In this document: piece by piece, positions 39,201 through 49,100 of the stretch
How the letters are laid out: each line of letters starts with the position of its first letter
Numbering within the stretch: the stretch's first letter is position 1
Assembly: GCA_050015075.1 (NCBI GenBank)
Contig: JBEKCB010000022.1
Span: forward strand, 23,478-87,477
DNA from: Candidatus Brocadiia bacterium
GTDB lineage: Bacteria; Planctomycetota; Brocadiia; CAIUPP01
DNA: 64,000 nucleotides
Direction of reading: 5' to 3'
Translations under genes and position numbers: made by a program
Notes under the pieces: generated by a model
Seen by the model: only the letters and a program-made list of their open reading frames with translations
Told to the model about the DNA's origin: nothing
Databases searched by the model: none

Positions 39201-40421
39201 GCGTTCACGCTCGTCGAGATGCTGACGGTCATCGCCATCATCGGCATCCTTGCCGCAATCCTCATCACCGCCGTGCCGACCGTCATGCGGAACGCGCGCA
39301 TCGCCACCGCCAAAGCCGACATCAGTCATCTCTACCAGGCGGCGACGTCCTACCAGTTGGACTTCGGCGCCTTCCCGCCGGACTGCACCGCCTTCTGGAC
39401 GAACGGACAAGTGCAGCAACCGGACTGCCCGTTCCCCGGAGTTTGGAACAACCAGTCCGCCCCGTACAACGCCTCGCTCAGCCCGAACGAGTTGCTGATG
39501 TGGTACTTGACGATGCAGTACAGCACCGGGCAGCTTAACCCCGTTACGAACAGTTATCCGGCCTCGGGTTACCCGGCCGGTTACCCGGCCGACCCAACCC
39601 TGCAGGGAAACTGGCCGGGTAGCCCTTCCAGCCCTTCCGCCGCCACCGTTGTGTTCTCGCACGGCGTCAACGCCGGCCCCTACTACGACATGAAGGCGAA
39701 GCAGAAAACCGATGTCAACGCGAACGGCTTCTGGGAGTTCATGGATCCGTGGGGCCGGCCGTACATGTACCGCGCCTATCCGCAGTTTGCCCAGGTCATA
39801 GGCGCCACCCCGCCTCCGAATTCGGCCCCCTACACGGTCATCCTGACGCTTGGCAACCTTGCTGGTCCCAGCCCTTACGGGCCCGAGGTCGGCACCGTTT
39901 GCAACACCTACACCTACTACGGCGGCTACAACTTTTACGCGAACTCGCCCCTGGCCGGCACGACCGGTTCCATCCAGCTCACCGGTTTCAGCAATCCCCT
40001 CTACAACGGCACCTTCGCGTTCCAGGGCGTGCCATACAATCAGGGCACGAACCCGAACAATAATCAGGTCGTTTTGACGTTCGCGGCGAATCCGGGGCCC
40101 GCCGGCACGCCCGGCTACTACAGCTTCCCGCTCCACAACAAGCAGACCTGCGACATCTATAGTCTGGGTCCCTACGGACTCACCCGCGCCGCTTCTTCAA
40201 TGCCGAATGCCAATAACGCGCCCCAGGAGTGGAAGCCCACACACGGCGGCACTTCGGTCGCGGCCGACATGGCCCTCAAGAACTCGTCGCTCGACGCCAC
40301 TTCGCTGGACGCATGGGCCCAGGTCTGGGGCACGCCCGGCGACGGAAACGATATTAACGTGACCAGCGGCAACATCATCGTCAACGTCCAGTACCAGGAC
40401 AATATCTGTAACTGGAATTGA
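39117..40421 (+). CDS. Large type IV prepilin-like protein (GspG/PilA-like)
   Basis: RA|FTLVEMLTVIAIIGIL N-methylation motif, DPWGRPY and IYSLGP GspG-like motifs; alternative in-frame GTG at 39027. Confidence 0.88.
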   Translation: MPSQRNGYSVLRTLYSALRTPRSALCARAFTLVEMLTVIAIIGILAAILITAVPTVMRNARIATAKADISHLYQAATSYQLDFGAFPPDCTAFWTNGQVQQPDCPFPGVWNNQSAPYNASLSPNELLMWYLTMQYSTGQLNPVTNSYPASGYPAGYPADPTLQGNWPGSPSSPSAATVVFSHGVNAGPYYDMKAKQKTDVNANGFWEFMDPWGRPYMYRAYPQFAQVIGATPPPNSAPYTVILTLGNLAGPSPYGPEVGTVCNTYTYYGGYNFYANSPLAGTTGSIQLTGFSNPLYNGTFAFQGVPYNQGTNPNNNQVVLTFAANPGPAGTPGYYSFPLHNKQTCDIYSLGPYGLTRAASSMPNANNAPQEWKPTHGGTSVAADMALKNSSLDATSLDAWAQVWGTPGDGNDINVTSGNIIVNVQYQDNICNWN

Positions 40422-40464
40422 AGCGGCGCCTGAGTCCCGGAACGCCGCCAAGGAAAGCCCGCAC

Positions 40465-41022
40465 ATGAGCAACCCGATCGCGCGATCCCGCCTTGCCCCG
40501 CAGCGCGCGCGCGCCATGACGCTGACCGAGATCATCGTCGTCATGTCCATCATGATCATCCTCGTCAGCGCCGTGGTCGTCGCCGTCTTCCGCGTCTCCT
40601 CCAAGGGGCCGGTGGAAGGCACCAAGGGCTTGCTCCAAAAGCTCGCCGTCGGCCTGGAAGCCTACCGGGCCACTTACCGGATGTATCCGCCCATGGATCC
40701 CAACGATCCCTCTTCCCGGTTGAACCTCAAACAGCCCATACAGCTCGCGCAGGTCCAAGTGACCTCGGGCGTGCTCTGGCAGGCGCTCGAATTCAGCGGC
40801 GAGGGACAGTTCATGGCCCCGGTCTCCGCCGCCTACAAATCCGCGGGCGGCGTCTTCACCGATTCACGGACCGGCTCGGTGCAGACGTGGTACTACTACC
40901 AGGACGCGTGGCTGCAGCCGCTGCTCTACGTTTGCCCGGGGCCCAACTACACGCAGTACACCTTGACCTCCGGCGGCCAGGACCTGATCCTGGGCACGGC
41001 CGACGATATTACGGTGCCCTGA
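40465..41022 (+). CDS. Type IV prepilin-like protein (GspG-like)
   Basis: RA|MTLTEIIVVM; C-terminal DAWLQPL.Y...LTSGGQDLILGTADDI. Confidence 0.88.
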   Translation: MSNPIARSRLAPQRARAMTLTEIIVVMSIMIILVSAVVVAVFRVSSKGPVEGTKGLLQKLAVGLEAYRATYRMYPPMDPNDPSSRLNLKQPIQLAQVQVTSGVLWQALEFSGEGQFMAPVSAAYKSAGGVFTDSRTGSVQTWYYYQDAWLQPLLYVCPGPNYTQYTLTSGGQDLILGTADDITVP

Positions 41023-41025
41023 CAC

Positions 41026-41074
41026 AATGCAGAATGCAAAGTGCAAAATGCAAAGTGCAAAATGCAAGCTGCAA
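41026..41074 (+). repeat. Seven tandem heptamers (AATGCAA/AGTGCAA) encoding the pilin leader; single arm only
   Basis: aatgcag aatgcaa agtgcaa aatgcaa agtgcaa aatgcaa gctgcaa. Confidence 0.9.
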
Positions 41075-42130
41075 CACGCCCGAAGGAGCGGATCACCCGC
41101 CTTTACGCTGATCGAAATGCTCGTCGTCCTCGGCATCGTCGCCCTGGTCGCCGCCATCACCCTGCCGATGGTCGTCCCGATCCTGCGCACGCGCACGCTG
41201 GACTCGGCCGTGGACACCGTCAAGACCTCGTGCAACCTGGCCCGGAGCATGGCCCTCCAGCAACGAAAAATGGTGAACCTCACTCTCCTTCAGCAAACGG
41301 ATTCCACTCACGGCCCCGGCGTCGTTCTGACCGGCTACAGTTTTGCGGGCTCCGTGACATCCAACGGGCCTGTCGATACCGTTTATGACATCAATCAGAA
41401 CTGGACGGCCGGCGCTTTTCAATATAACCAGATATTGCTGTTCTCGCCCGGGAACCCGATTCCGCAGGTCAGGAAGATTCAAAGCAATACCCTGAACACA
41501 ATCACCATCTATGAGCAAGGCGGCACCCCTTATAATCCCAATGATCCCAACGACCCTAACGAGTCGGACTGGAGCCCGCAGCCGGTGGCCGGGAACGTCT
41601 ATGTCGTCATGTCTTCCACCAGTTCCGCCCAGCCCTATTGCATTCATTATTTCGGCAACTACTACAACGGCGTCCTGGGCAACGGCCTCCCTGCCGCCGC
41701 CGACGATGTCAGGTTCAACGTGATGAAAACTTTCTCGCTCTACATGGGCGAGACCATAGAATATCTTCCGCTGGGCTGCCAGTTCGACTTCACCGCGGGA
41801 TACAGCGCGTGGAATTCTCTCACGTCGTACACTCCCGGCAAAGCGGTCGCGGACAAGGGCATCGTCTACTACTGCCTCTCCAACACCATCGGCGTCGAAC
41901 CGCCCAACGCCAACTGGCAGGCGTTGACCGCGTGGACGTACGTGTTCCTGCCCGATGGCGAGGCGTGGACCCTGCTGCCCACGGCGCAGAACGTGCGCGA
42001 CCCGAATTGGTTCCTCACCACCTGCATGAGCAACGGAACCGTCTCCGGCCCGAAGATCTGGGGCCCGCAGAACCTCATGTCCGCCACCATCGTCGTCTAC
42101 GGGACGACCGGGCAGGTGATATCACAATGA
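41027..42130 (+). CDS. Minor prepilin, FimT/GspH-like, with inserted modules
   Basis: PA|[19 protein letters not shown]; VFLPDG and C-terminal GTTGQV motifs. Confidence 0.85.
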   Translation: MQNAKCKMQSAKCKLQHARRSGSPAFTLIEMLVVLGIVALVAAITLPMVVPILRTRTLDSAVDTVKTSCNLARSMALQQRKMVNLTLLQQTDSTHGPGVVLTGYSFAGSVTSNGPVDTVYDINQNWTAGAFQYNQILLFSPGNPIPQVRKIQSNTLNTITIYEQGGTPYNPNDPNDPNESDWSPQPVAGNVYVVMSSTSSAQPYCIHYFGNYYNGVLGNGLPAAADDVRFNVMKTFSLYMGETIEYLPLGCQFDFTAGYSAWNSLTSYTPGKAVADKGIVYYCLSNTIGVEPPNANWQALTAWTYVFLPDGEAWTLLPTAQNVRDPNWFLTTCMSNGTVSGPKIWGPQNLMSATIVVYGTTGQVISQ

Positions 42131-44529
42131 ACAGATTGCGGATTGCAGATTGCGGATTGCGGATTAAACGACGGGCTGCCGCCCTCCGAATGCCGCCAGT
42201 CGTTCATTCCACATTCCGCACTCGCCGTCGCACGGCTGGCCTGACGTTGATCGAAATCCTGATCGCGATGTTCATCTTCCTCGTCGGCTGCCTGGGCGTC
42301 CTCTCGGTGTTCCCCGTCGCCATGAACAGCGCCGGGCGCGTGCTCGGCGAGACGCGCGGCAACATGCTGGCCCAGTCCGCCGTCGGCCAGATCACCGCCG
42401 ACTGCCGCGTCAATTTCGACTGGTCCGCCGCCACAGGTTCTGCGGGTGCCTGCGCTGCAGGGGCAAGCTCCACCACGTTGAAGCGTGCGGTCGCGTCCAC
42501 ATCATTTAAAAACACGCCTTACGCCCAAGACTATTTCGTGACGATGCTCGATGGTCCCGGCCGTGGCCAGAGTCGCTTCATCATCAGCGACGACGGAACC
42601 ACGCTCACCGTTGCACCCCCATGGACGCAGGTCAACTTCACAAGCCCTGCGACCACGTGGACGTACCCGGGCAGTCTCCTGGCACTGAGTCCCACCGCCT
42701 ATGAGCACTACAGCATTACGCGCATCGGCCTGCCGGAACGGCCGCTCCTTGCGGGTTCGACAACCACTCCAGTTCCAGGGGAGCAGATTCTGCAGGGCTG
42801 GGCGGGATCGCCAGGGCCTTACTATGTTGCCCCGTGGCCGGCGTCCGGCACCCCCAACTACAACTACGGATCATTCGGCCTGAACCGCGACCTCGCGGTC
42901 CGGCAGATTGCGTCCGGCAACGGCTTTTACGCCGGCATCGCAAATCCGTTGAATGTCCCGACCAACGCCATTCAAGTTGACCCATTGGTGGCGTACTATG
43001 GCACAGCCACGTCTGCCATTCCGCCGCCGGCGGCGCTGGCGCTGCAGTACCCGCAGTGGCTTAATGCTACGCCGTACGTCGCGGGCAACATGGTCTCGGA
43101 CAAAGGCAGTTACTACATTTGCCTCGTAGCCAACACCAACGCCGAACCGCCCAACCCGTACTGGCAGAACGCGGCCTATGTTACTCTTTATGACGCCAAC
43201 GCCAATCTGGGTGCTCTTTGGCCGGTAGCCCCGGCAGCGCAACTCTCAAATTATTACCAAGTCCGCATCGTCAGCGGCTCGGGCGCGGGCCAAGTCCGCA
43301 CGATTACGGGCAACACGACAAACCAACTTATTGTTACTCCGAGTTGGGCGATTCTTCCCGATGGTAGTTCCGTTTACGAATTCGGTTGGGCGAACACGAA
43401 CCCGGCTAACCCACCACTTGCACCGCAACCCGCGACATGGTGCGCGCAGTTGTATCCGGTCCCGCCTGTGGCACCGCCACCATGCTCCGTCAGCGGCAAC
43501 ATTTTGACCGACGGCGGCGCAGCCTGGGTTGCTAACCAGTTCCAAGGTAAATACGTCTATATTACGACGCCCGGCGAAGGCCAGGCGCGCGCCATTGTCT
43601 CCAATGGCCCGAGCCAGCTCGTCGTAACGCCCGCCTTCACGGTGTCAGGTCCTCTGAACTATATCATTACCGAAAGCCGCGGCTACGTCCTCATCACCAG
43701 CGGCCGCGCGACGAACCGGCTGTTTCCCATCGCCTGGGACCAGATTGACCAGACCGATGGACATTTGATCGTCTGCGCGGGGACTGATTTCACGTCGCTC
43801 ACCGGCATCACAGCCGCCCGGAAGCCCAGCACCAACATTGCCACCGGGTTCCTCTATAACCTCCAGGACGCTACGACTTTCACGGTCATCGGAAACTGGA
43901 GCCAGACTTCGCTCGCATGGCCTGCCAACGACACCGTGGCGCCTTATCCTGCCATGCCGTTGATCCTGAACGCCGTGCCGGACGGCAGCCCCATTAATCC
44001 CCTTTTATGGACAGCGCCGCCGCCGCAGCCCGCGGCTCCGTTCTGCCCACCCTGGTTCAACACGCTGAATGTCTGTGCTCAGCCATATAACGCGGGGACG
44101 GTTTCCGTGACCCAGGGCAATCCGAACGTGACCGCCACGCCGGGAACCCTTTGGTTAGCCAACGTCAGCCCCGGCAATATTTTCATCGGGCCGGATGGCG
44201 CGCTTCATCGCATCCTCAGCGTAGGATCCAATACCTCGCTGACGCTCGCCGACAATTACGAAGGACAGAACCAACCCGTGGGCGGCTATACGATCTTCTC
44301 AGGCCCGCCGAACCGCCTGGCGCTGGACCAGTACAACGTGTCGGCGCAGGGCGGCGGCGCCTACACCTCCGAGTACAGCTACGGCGTGGTCTTCAGCGAC
44401 AGCGGGACGGATCCGTCCTTGCCGGTGCGGGTGGACGTCTTCGTCTGGCGCAATTTCGACACCACCAGGGATTTCGTCGAGAACCAGAAACCGGTCGGGC
44501 ACATGGCCGGGTACATTAGAAGGCCTTGA
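42127..44529 (+). CDS. Giant minor prepilin, PilV/GspI-like (800 aa)
   Basis: ATGA overlap with the upstream gene; AG|LTLIEILIAMFIFLVGCLGVLSVFP; C-terminal VRVDVFVWR. Confidence 0.85.
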   Translation: MNRLRIADCGLRIKRRAAALRMPPVVHSTFRTRRRTAGLTLIEILIAMFIFLVGCLGVLSVFPVAMNSAGRVLGETRGNMLAQSAVGQITADCRVNFDWSAATGSAGACAAGASSTTLKRAVASTSFKNTPYAQDYFVTMLDGPGRGQSRFIISDDGTTLTVAPPWTQVNFTSPATTWTYPGSLLALSPTAYEHYSITRIGLPERPLLAGSTTTPVPGEQILQGWAGSPGPYYVAPWPASGTPNYNYGSFGLNRDLAVRQIASGNGFYAGIANPLNVPTNAIQVDPLVAYYGTATSAIPPPAALALQYPQWLNATPYVAGNMVSDKGSYYICLVANTNAEPPNPYWQNAAYVTLYDANANLGALWPVAPAAQLSNYYQVRIVSGSGAGQVRTITGNTTNQLIVTPSWAILPDGSSVYEFGWANTNPANPPLAPQPATWCAQLYPVPPVAPPPCSVSGNILTDGGAAWVANQFQGKYVYITTPGEGQARAIVSNGPSQLVVTPAFTVSGPLNYIITESRGYVLITSGRATNRLFPIAWDQIDQTDGHLIVCAGTDFTSLTGITAARKPSTNIATGFLYNLQDATTFTVIGNWSQTSLAWPANDTVAPYPAMPLILNAVPDGSPINPLLWTAPPPQPAAPFCPPWFNTLNVCAQPYNAGTVSVTQGNPNVTATPGTLWLANVSPGNIFIGPDGALHRILSVGSNTSLTLADNYEGQNQPVGGYTIFSGPPNRLALDQYNVSAQGGGAYTSEYSYGVVFSDSGTDPSLPVRVDVFVWRNFDTTRDFVENQKPVGHMAGYIRRP
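42134..42225. repeat. Heptamer repeat element in the pilin leader, (GATTGCG)n ... cgttcattccacattccgcactcgc
   Basis: Four and a half GATTGCG-type units at 42134-42165; three degenerate complementary-type units at 42205-42225. Confidence 0.8.
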
Positions 44530-44531
44530 GT

Positions 44532-44619
44532 ATGCAGAGCGCAAAGTGCAGAGCGCAGAATGCAGAGTTGGCACGGAAAGGCCCAGGTCTTCGCCGTTCA
44601 TTCTGCACTCTGCACTCTC
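44532..44619. repeat. Heptamer palindrome in the pilin leader, (TGCAGAG)n...(CACTCTG)n
   Basis: Five units at 44533-44568; loop cggaaaggcccaggtcttcgccgttc; three units at 44599-44619. Confidence 0.85.
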
Positions 44620-46040
44620 GATCAGCGTTCACGCTGATCGAGCTGATGGTCGCCGTCGGCCTGATGGCGATACTGCTCACCATGATCGCGGTGATTTTCT
44701 ACGAGGCCACACAGGCGTTCCGCGTGGCGCGGGCGTCCATCGAGATCCACGAGAGCGCCCGCTCGGCGCTGAACGCGCTGGTGAACGACCTCACGGCCGC
44801 CGAGTTCACCTCGTATGACAATGGCGTCCAGGGTTATTTCGCGCTGAGCGCGGGGCCTGCCGATCCCGCGCTCGGCTCTTCCCCGCCCGTTTGGAACAAT
44901 GCGGCGACCTACGCTGTGAATAGTCGCGTGATCAGCGGAGGCGTTGTGAATAATGGCGTGATCAGCGGAGGAAACGAGTACATCTGCATTACCGCGAACT
45001 TGAACCAGCAACCGCCGAATGCAAACTGGCAGTTGCTCGGCCCGTGGATTGTGCCGGTCGCCGTCACCGGCGCCCCCATCGCCGTTGACACGCTGACGTT
45101 CACGACTCTCGCCCCGCAGCCGGGCGCGCGCGACGCCACCCCGGAGGCGGTCGAGCAGCTTGCCCTCGTGCGATATGCCCTGGAGTGGGACGGCGGCTAC
45201 GCCACCATTCCCGGCAGCGCCGCCCCGCAGCCGACGTATAACCTGGTCAAGCGCGTGCGCTTCCCGTGCACCAACGACCCGAACCTGAATATGGACCAGT
45301 TCGCCTGGGCCGTAATCGGCCCGAACGGACAGCCGGTCCTGCCGTATCAGTACCTCCTGCCGTTGGAGTACACATTTCACACCTCGCCGCCGCTGGCTTC
45401 CAACGATCCCGACGTCATCCTCGACGAAGCGGGACTGCGGTACGCGCAGTCCGAGGTGATCGCCTTCCACGTGCTCTCCATGAACGTGCGGCTCTTCTGC
45501 CTGCCGCTGAAGAATCTTTCGGCGGAAACTTCCGAAGCCTTCGTCGAAGCAGGTTTCGCCAGCGCACCTGGAGGAGCCACTCCGCCCACGTTCACTGATA
45601 CGACCAAGAACTGGCTGCAGCCCTGGCAACTGCCTATCGCAACACAGACCCTCCGAATCTATGCCGGGACGGGGGCAAGCCAATACGCAATGATTCAGAG
45701 CAACACGGCCAACGTGATTACGCTGAATGCCACTGCGCCGACTCTTTCGGCGACCGGCGGAACCTGGGCCCCGCTGCCGGACACCACATCGCAGTACCGC
45801 ATTGACGGTCTCCTGTCGAGCCTGTTCCCCGCTCCAGCCAGCCCGCCGCCGCCCAGCACGCCGCCTCCGCCGCCGCCGGGCTGGTATCAGCGGGTATCAG
45901 CGGCGGGCAGTTATAACTTCTTAGGAACGACGTATCGTCCGCCGGCGGTCGTCGAACTCACGCTGCAAACGACCGATCTCCGGGCGACGCGCGCGTTCAC
46001 GTTCACGCAGAGATTCTATATACCGGCATCGGAAAGATGA
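44532..46040 (+). CDS. Large minor prepilin, PilW/GspJ-like
   Basis: SA|FTLIELMVAVGLMAIL, ARSALNALVNDL, DTLTFTT, C-terminal PPAVVELTL...FTQRFYIP. Confidence 0.87.
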   Translation: MQSAKCRAQNAELARKGPGLRRSFCTLHSRSAFTLIELMVAVGLMAILLTMIAVIFYEATQAFRVARASIEIHESARSALNALVNDLTAAEFTSYDNGVQGYFALSAGPADPALGSSPPVWNNAATYAVNSRVISGGVVNNGVISGGNEYICITANLNQQPPNANWQLLGPWIVPVAVTGAPIAVDTLTFTTLAPQPGARDATPEAVEQLALVRYALEWDGGYATIPGSAAPQPTYNLVKRVRFPCTNDPNLNMDQFAWAVIGPNGQPVLPYQYLLPLEYTFHTSPPLASNDPDVILDEAGLRYAQSEVIAFHVLSMNVRLFCLPLKNLSAETSEAFVEAGFASAPGGATPPTFTDTTKNWLQPWQLPIATQTLRIYAGTGASQYAMIQSNTANVITLNATAPTLSATGGTWAPLPDTTSQYRIDGLLSSLFPAPASPPPPSTPPPPPPGWYQRVSAAGSYNFLGTTYRPPAVVELTLQTTDLRATRAFTFTQRFYIPASER

Positions 46041-46156
46041 GAATGCAGAATGCAGAGCGCAGAGTGGAAGCGGAAAGGCCAAGGCCGTCGCCGTTCATTC
46101 TGCATTCTGCACTCTGCACTCTGCACTCGCCCGTTCATAGGCAGGAAGCGTCATGA
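46037..46156 (+). CDS. 39-aa mini-ORF spanning the heptamer palindrome ([39 protein letters not shown])
   Basis: Translated by hand. ATG 46037 overlaps the upstream TGA, and its TGA 46154-46156 overlaps ATG 46153. Below the ORF-track size cutoff. Confidence 0.45.
   Translation: MRMQNAERRVEAERPRPSPFILHSALCTLHSPVHRQEAS
46040..46130. repeat. Heptamer palindrome between the PilW-like and PilX-like genes
   Basis: gaatgcagaatgcagagcgcagagtg ... cattctgcattctgcactctgcactctgcactcgc; loop closely similar to the 44532 element. Confidence 0.87.
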
Positions 46157-49100
46157 TGCATGAGAAGATGCGCAGGGCTGATCGCGGCGTGATCCTGATC
46201 GTCATCGTCGGCGTGCTGGCGGTGCTCAGTCTGCTGGCGGCGACATTCGGGATGATCGCGCGGCTCGAACTTGCCGGCAGCCGCAACCAGACGGAACACG
46301 AAATGGCGCGCGAGGCCGCCCACGCCGGCGCCGAATACCTGCTCAACGCCTTGCAGTCCTGGCTCAACGGCAGTTCCATGACCTCGGGCCCCGTGCCGAC
46401 CTTTCTCCCCAACGTCTCGGACGCCGACGGCATCCTGCAGTACAAGCGCGACGGCGTAAAGGTCTATTTCGCCGTCAACAGCACAGTCCCGCCCGGCTCG
46501 GTGACGCCCGATTGGCTGCAGGGCCTCGGGCTGGCGGATGCCGGCATGTTCAACCTCAACGCCATGGGCTTTGCGAGCGACCTGGGCAGCGACGTCAACC
46601 CGGACATCCGCTACACGTCGTTCGATTGCAGTCTGGTCCGGCTGCTGAAGTCGCGGTTTGCGACCGTGACCGCAGGCGACATCAACAATCCCAGCAACAC
46701 GGGCATTGACAATTATCGCGGCGCCGTGTACCCGGCCCCCGCAGTTCCAACCTTCACGAGTGCCCTCGAGCAGCAGCGCGTGGCGATCCTCCTCTCGCAG
46801 GCGCTCATGAATTGGCGGTACGGCCCGGACGGAGTGCCCGGGACCGCCGGCACGGAGGAACGCCGGTTGGGCCACCTGCCGCGCTGGAACAGCAAGCTCG
46901 GCGCCACGAGCATCAACCTGGGCATCCACGATGCCGCCGGCAATCCCTATCCGCCTGGCGGCCCGGCCTGGGGCGCCAGCTCTAATCCTAACGACACGCT
47001 GGCATCGCTCTTGATCACCTGGGCCGGTCCGGGTTTCTTTCCCACGACATATTTCGAGCCCGGCGGCCCATTGCCCGTTCCTCCGGCTCCTCCGACGGGA
47101 GAATGGCGTTCGTACAGCAGCACCGACGCGAAATGGGGCAATGACCAGGGCCTTCCCGTGCCAGGTTTGTTCTGGGGCATCGTGGCCCTCAGTCCTCCCA
47201 GTCTTCCATCCAACACGACAACGATCTACGCCGATAAGACCCAGCAGCCCGGCTGGCACGATTGGCCCGCTTCGATCTGGAACAACTACTACGTCTACTT
47301 CGCCACCGGCCCCGACAAGTGGCAGCGAGCCCAGATACAGACGAATACTGCCAATGTCTTGACCCTGGCCACACCGCTGCCGAACGCGCCGAATGCCGGA
47401 GACTCCTTCTGTATCTGCACGCCGCAGGCGTACGTGGGCCTGTTGAACCAGCGCTGGGTGACCGGCGACCTGAACGAGGGCGACTTGGTCCCGAACGCGA
47501 TGGCCTGGCCGAACGGCGCCCTCGCGACGGAGGGGAACGTCTGGGACCTGCTGGTGGATAACGACACCTTGCTGTTCCCCGGCCCTTACGGCGCGGTGGC
47601 CAACATGGGCACCTGCACGGCGCTCGTGGCCCCCAACGATAACTCGCTGTATGACTCGACCAAAAACGGGATCTGGACCTCGAGTGCTTTTCTGAACAAG
47701 GGCTACGTCGTTCACATCTACGGGGGCACGGGAAGAGGCCAGGTGAGAACGATCTATGACTATGACAGCACGAGGAACCGACTCGTCCTTTACAATCCCG
47801 TTACGAGCACCCCGCCCGTTACAGTCAACCCGGTTTTCTGGACGAGCGGGAACAGCCCGGACACGACCAGCCAGTATCGAATCGAGTGGCCCGACAACAA
47901 CCTGACGTCGAAGTTCCAGCCCAACAATCTCCAGGGCGACGACCGGCTCTATCTTTCGCTCGGCAGCCTGCGCGACTCCGTGATCGTCCCGGCGTTCGTC
48001 AGCGACGGCCTCAGCAGCGCCAACGCGCAGGCCGTGGCGGACATACTCCTGCCCTATTTCCTGCCGTATCTCAGCGTCTCCACGCAGGCCATCCAGGCCA
48101 GCCAGTCGCTCTGCAGCATCAACGACTGGGCGGTGGACGGCGTGGACAACGACGCGAACGGAGTGGTGGATGATAATAATAATCCCCCGGCCGGTTCGGC
48201 GCCGTCTTCGAATGCGCTGACGGAACCGCAGTACGAGTGGAATTCCCCACAGGGCACCAGCAACCGCGAGACACAGCTTGCCCCGAGGCTTTACAACAAG
48301 CTGGGCCTGTACACCTGGGCCCACGCCGGCGCAGCGACCACAAGCACCACGACGCGGATCCAGCAGGCGGCGCAACTCGTCGCCAACATCATAGATTTCC
48401 GCGACCCGCCGCCGACCGCCACGCCGCCGGCCATCCCGCCGCCCGACGTGCCGACCAAGCTCACGATCAGCGCCCTGGATCCGACAGCAGCCTTGCTCGG
48501 GGTCCCCGCCAACACCGTCGTGTACGGCGCCAAAGGGCTGCACGTTACGCAGGTCATGCCTTCGCCGGACCCCATTTACAGCGCCATCCCCAACGGCGGG
48601 GAAATGATAGACAACGGCAGCGGGGCGCCGACTGAAATCCCTGCTGGCGACTGGGTTTGGAATGCGGCCGGGCATTGGGACGTCCTCGATTGGACCCACA
48701 ATGTCAACGGTCTGGGGCCCCGAGCGACATTCACCTTCAACAACCTGATGCCCGGCTATTACGCGATGCGCCTGATCGGCACGCCCAGCACCTTCACGCT
48801 GACCTACCCGATCGGCGGCACCGCCTACACCGTAACCCCCGCGATCGCCGAACCTGATAACCCCGCATTGAGCACCGCTTTTGTCCGCAAGCCCGCCGAC
48901 GCCTTCGGCTTCACCCGCCTGGTATGCTTCCAAGTCGTATCCGGCGGCACTCTGAGTTTTCAACTGCAGGCTCCGGTCAACTCCCAATTCTGGGGCTTTG
49001 CGCTGTGCGCGCAGTACATTCAACTCACCAACATTGCCACACACGACATCCGGCTGGATGCCCTGACCGTGGCGACCGACCAGACTCAGGTCGCGACGAC

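Noticed and set aside
41638-42126. 5' extension of the 963-aa ORF in the track
   Set aside because: It overlaps the upstream pilin in another frame. The prepilin motif and ATGA coupling indicate a start at 42127.
44086-44295. Prophage remnant
   Set aside because: The tail-fibre-like segment is in-frame within a pilin, and no capsid, terminase, portal or integrase genes are nearby.
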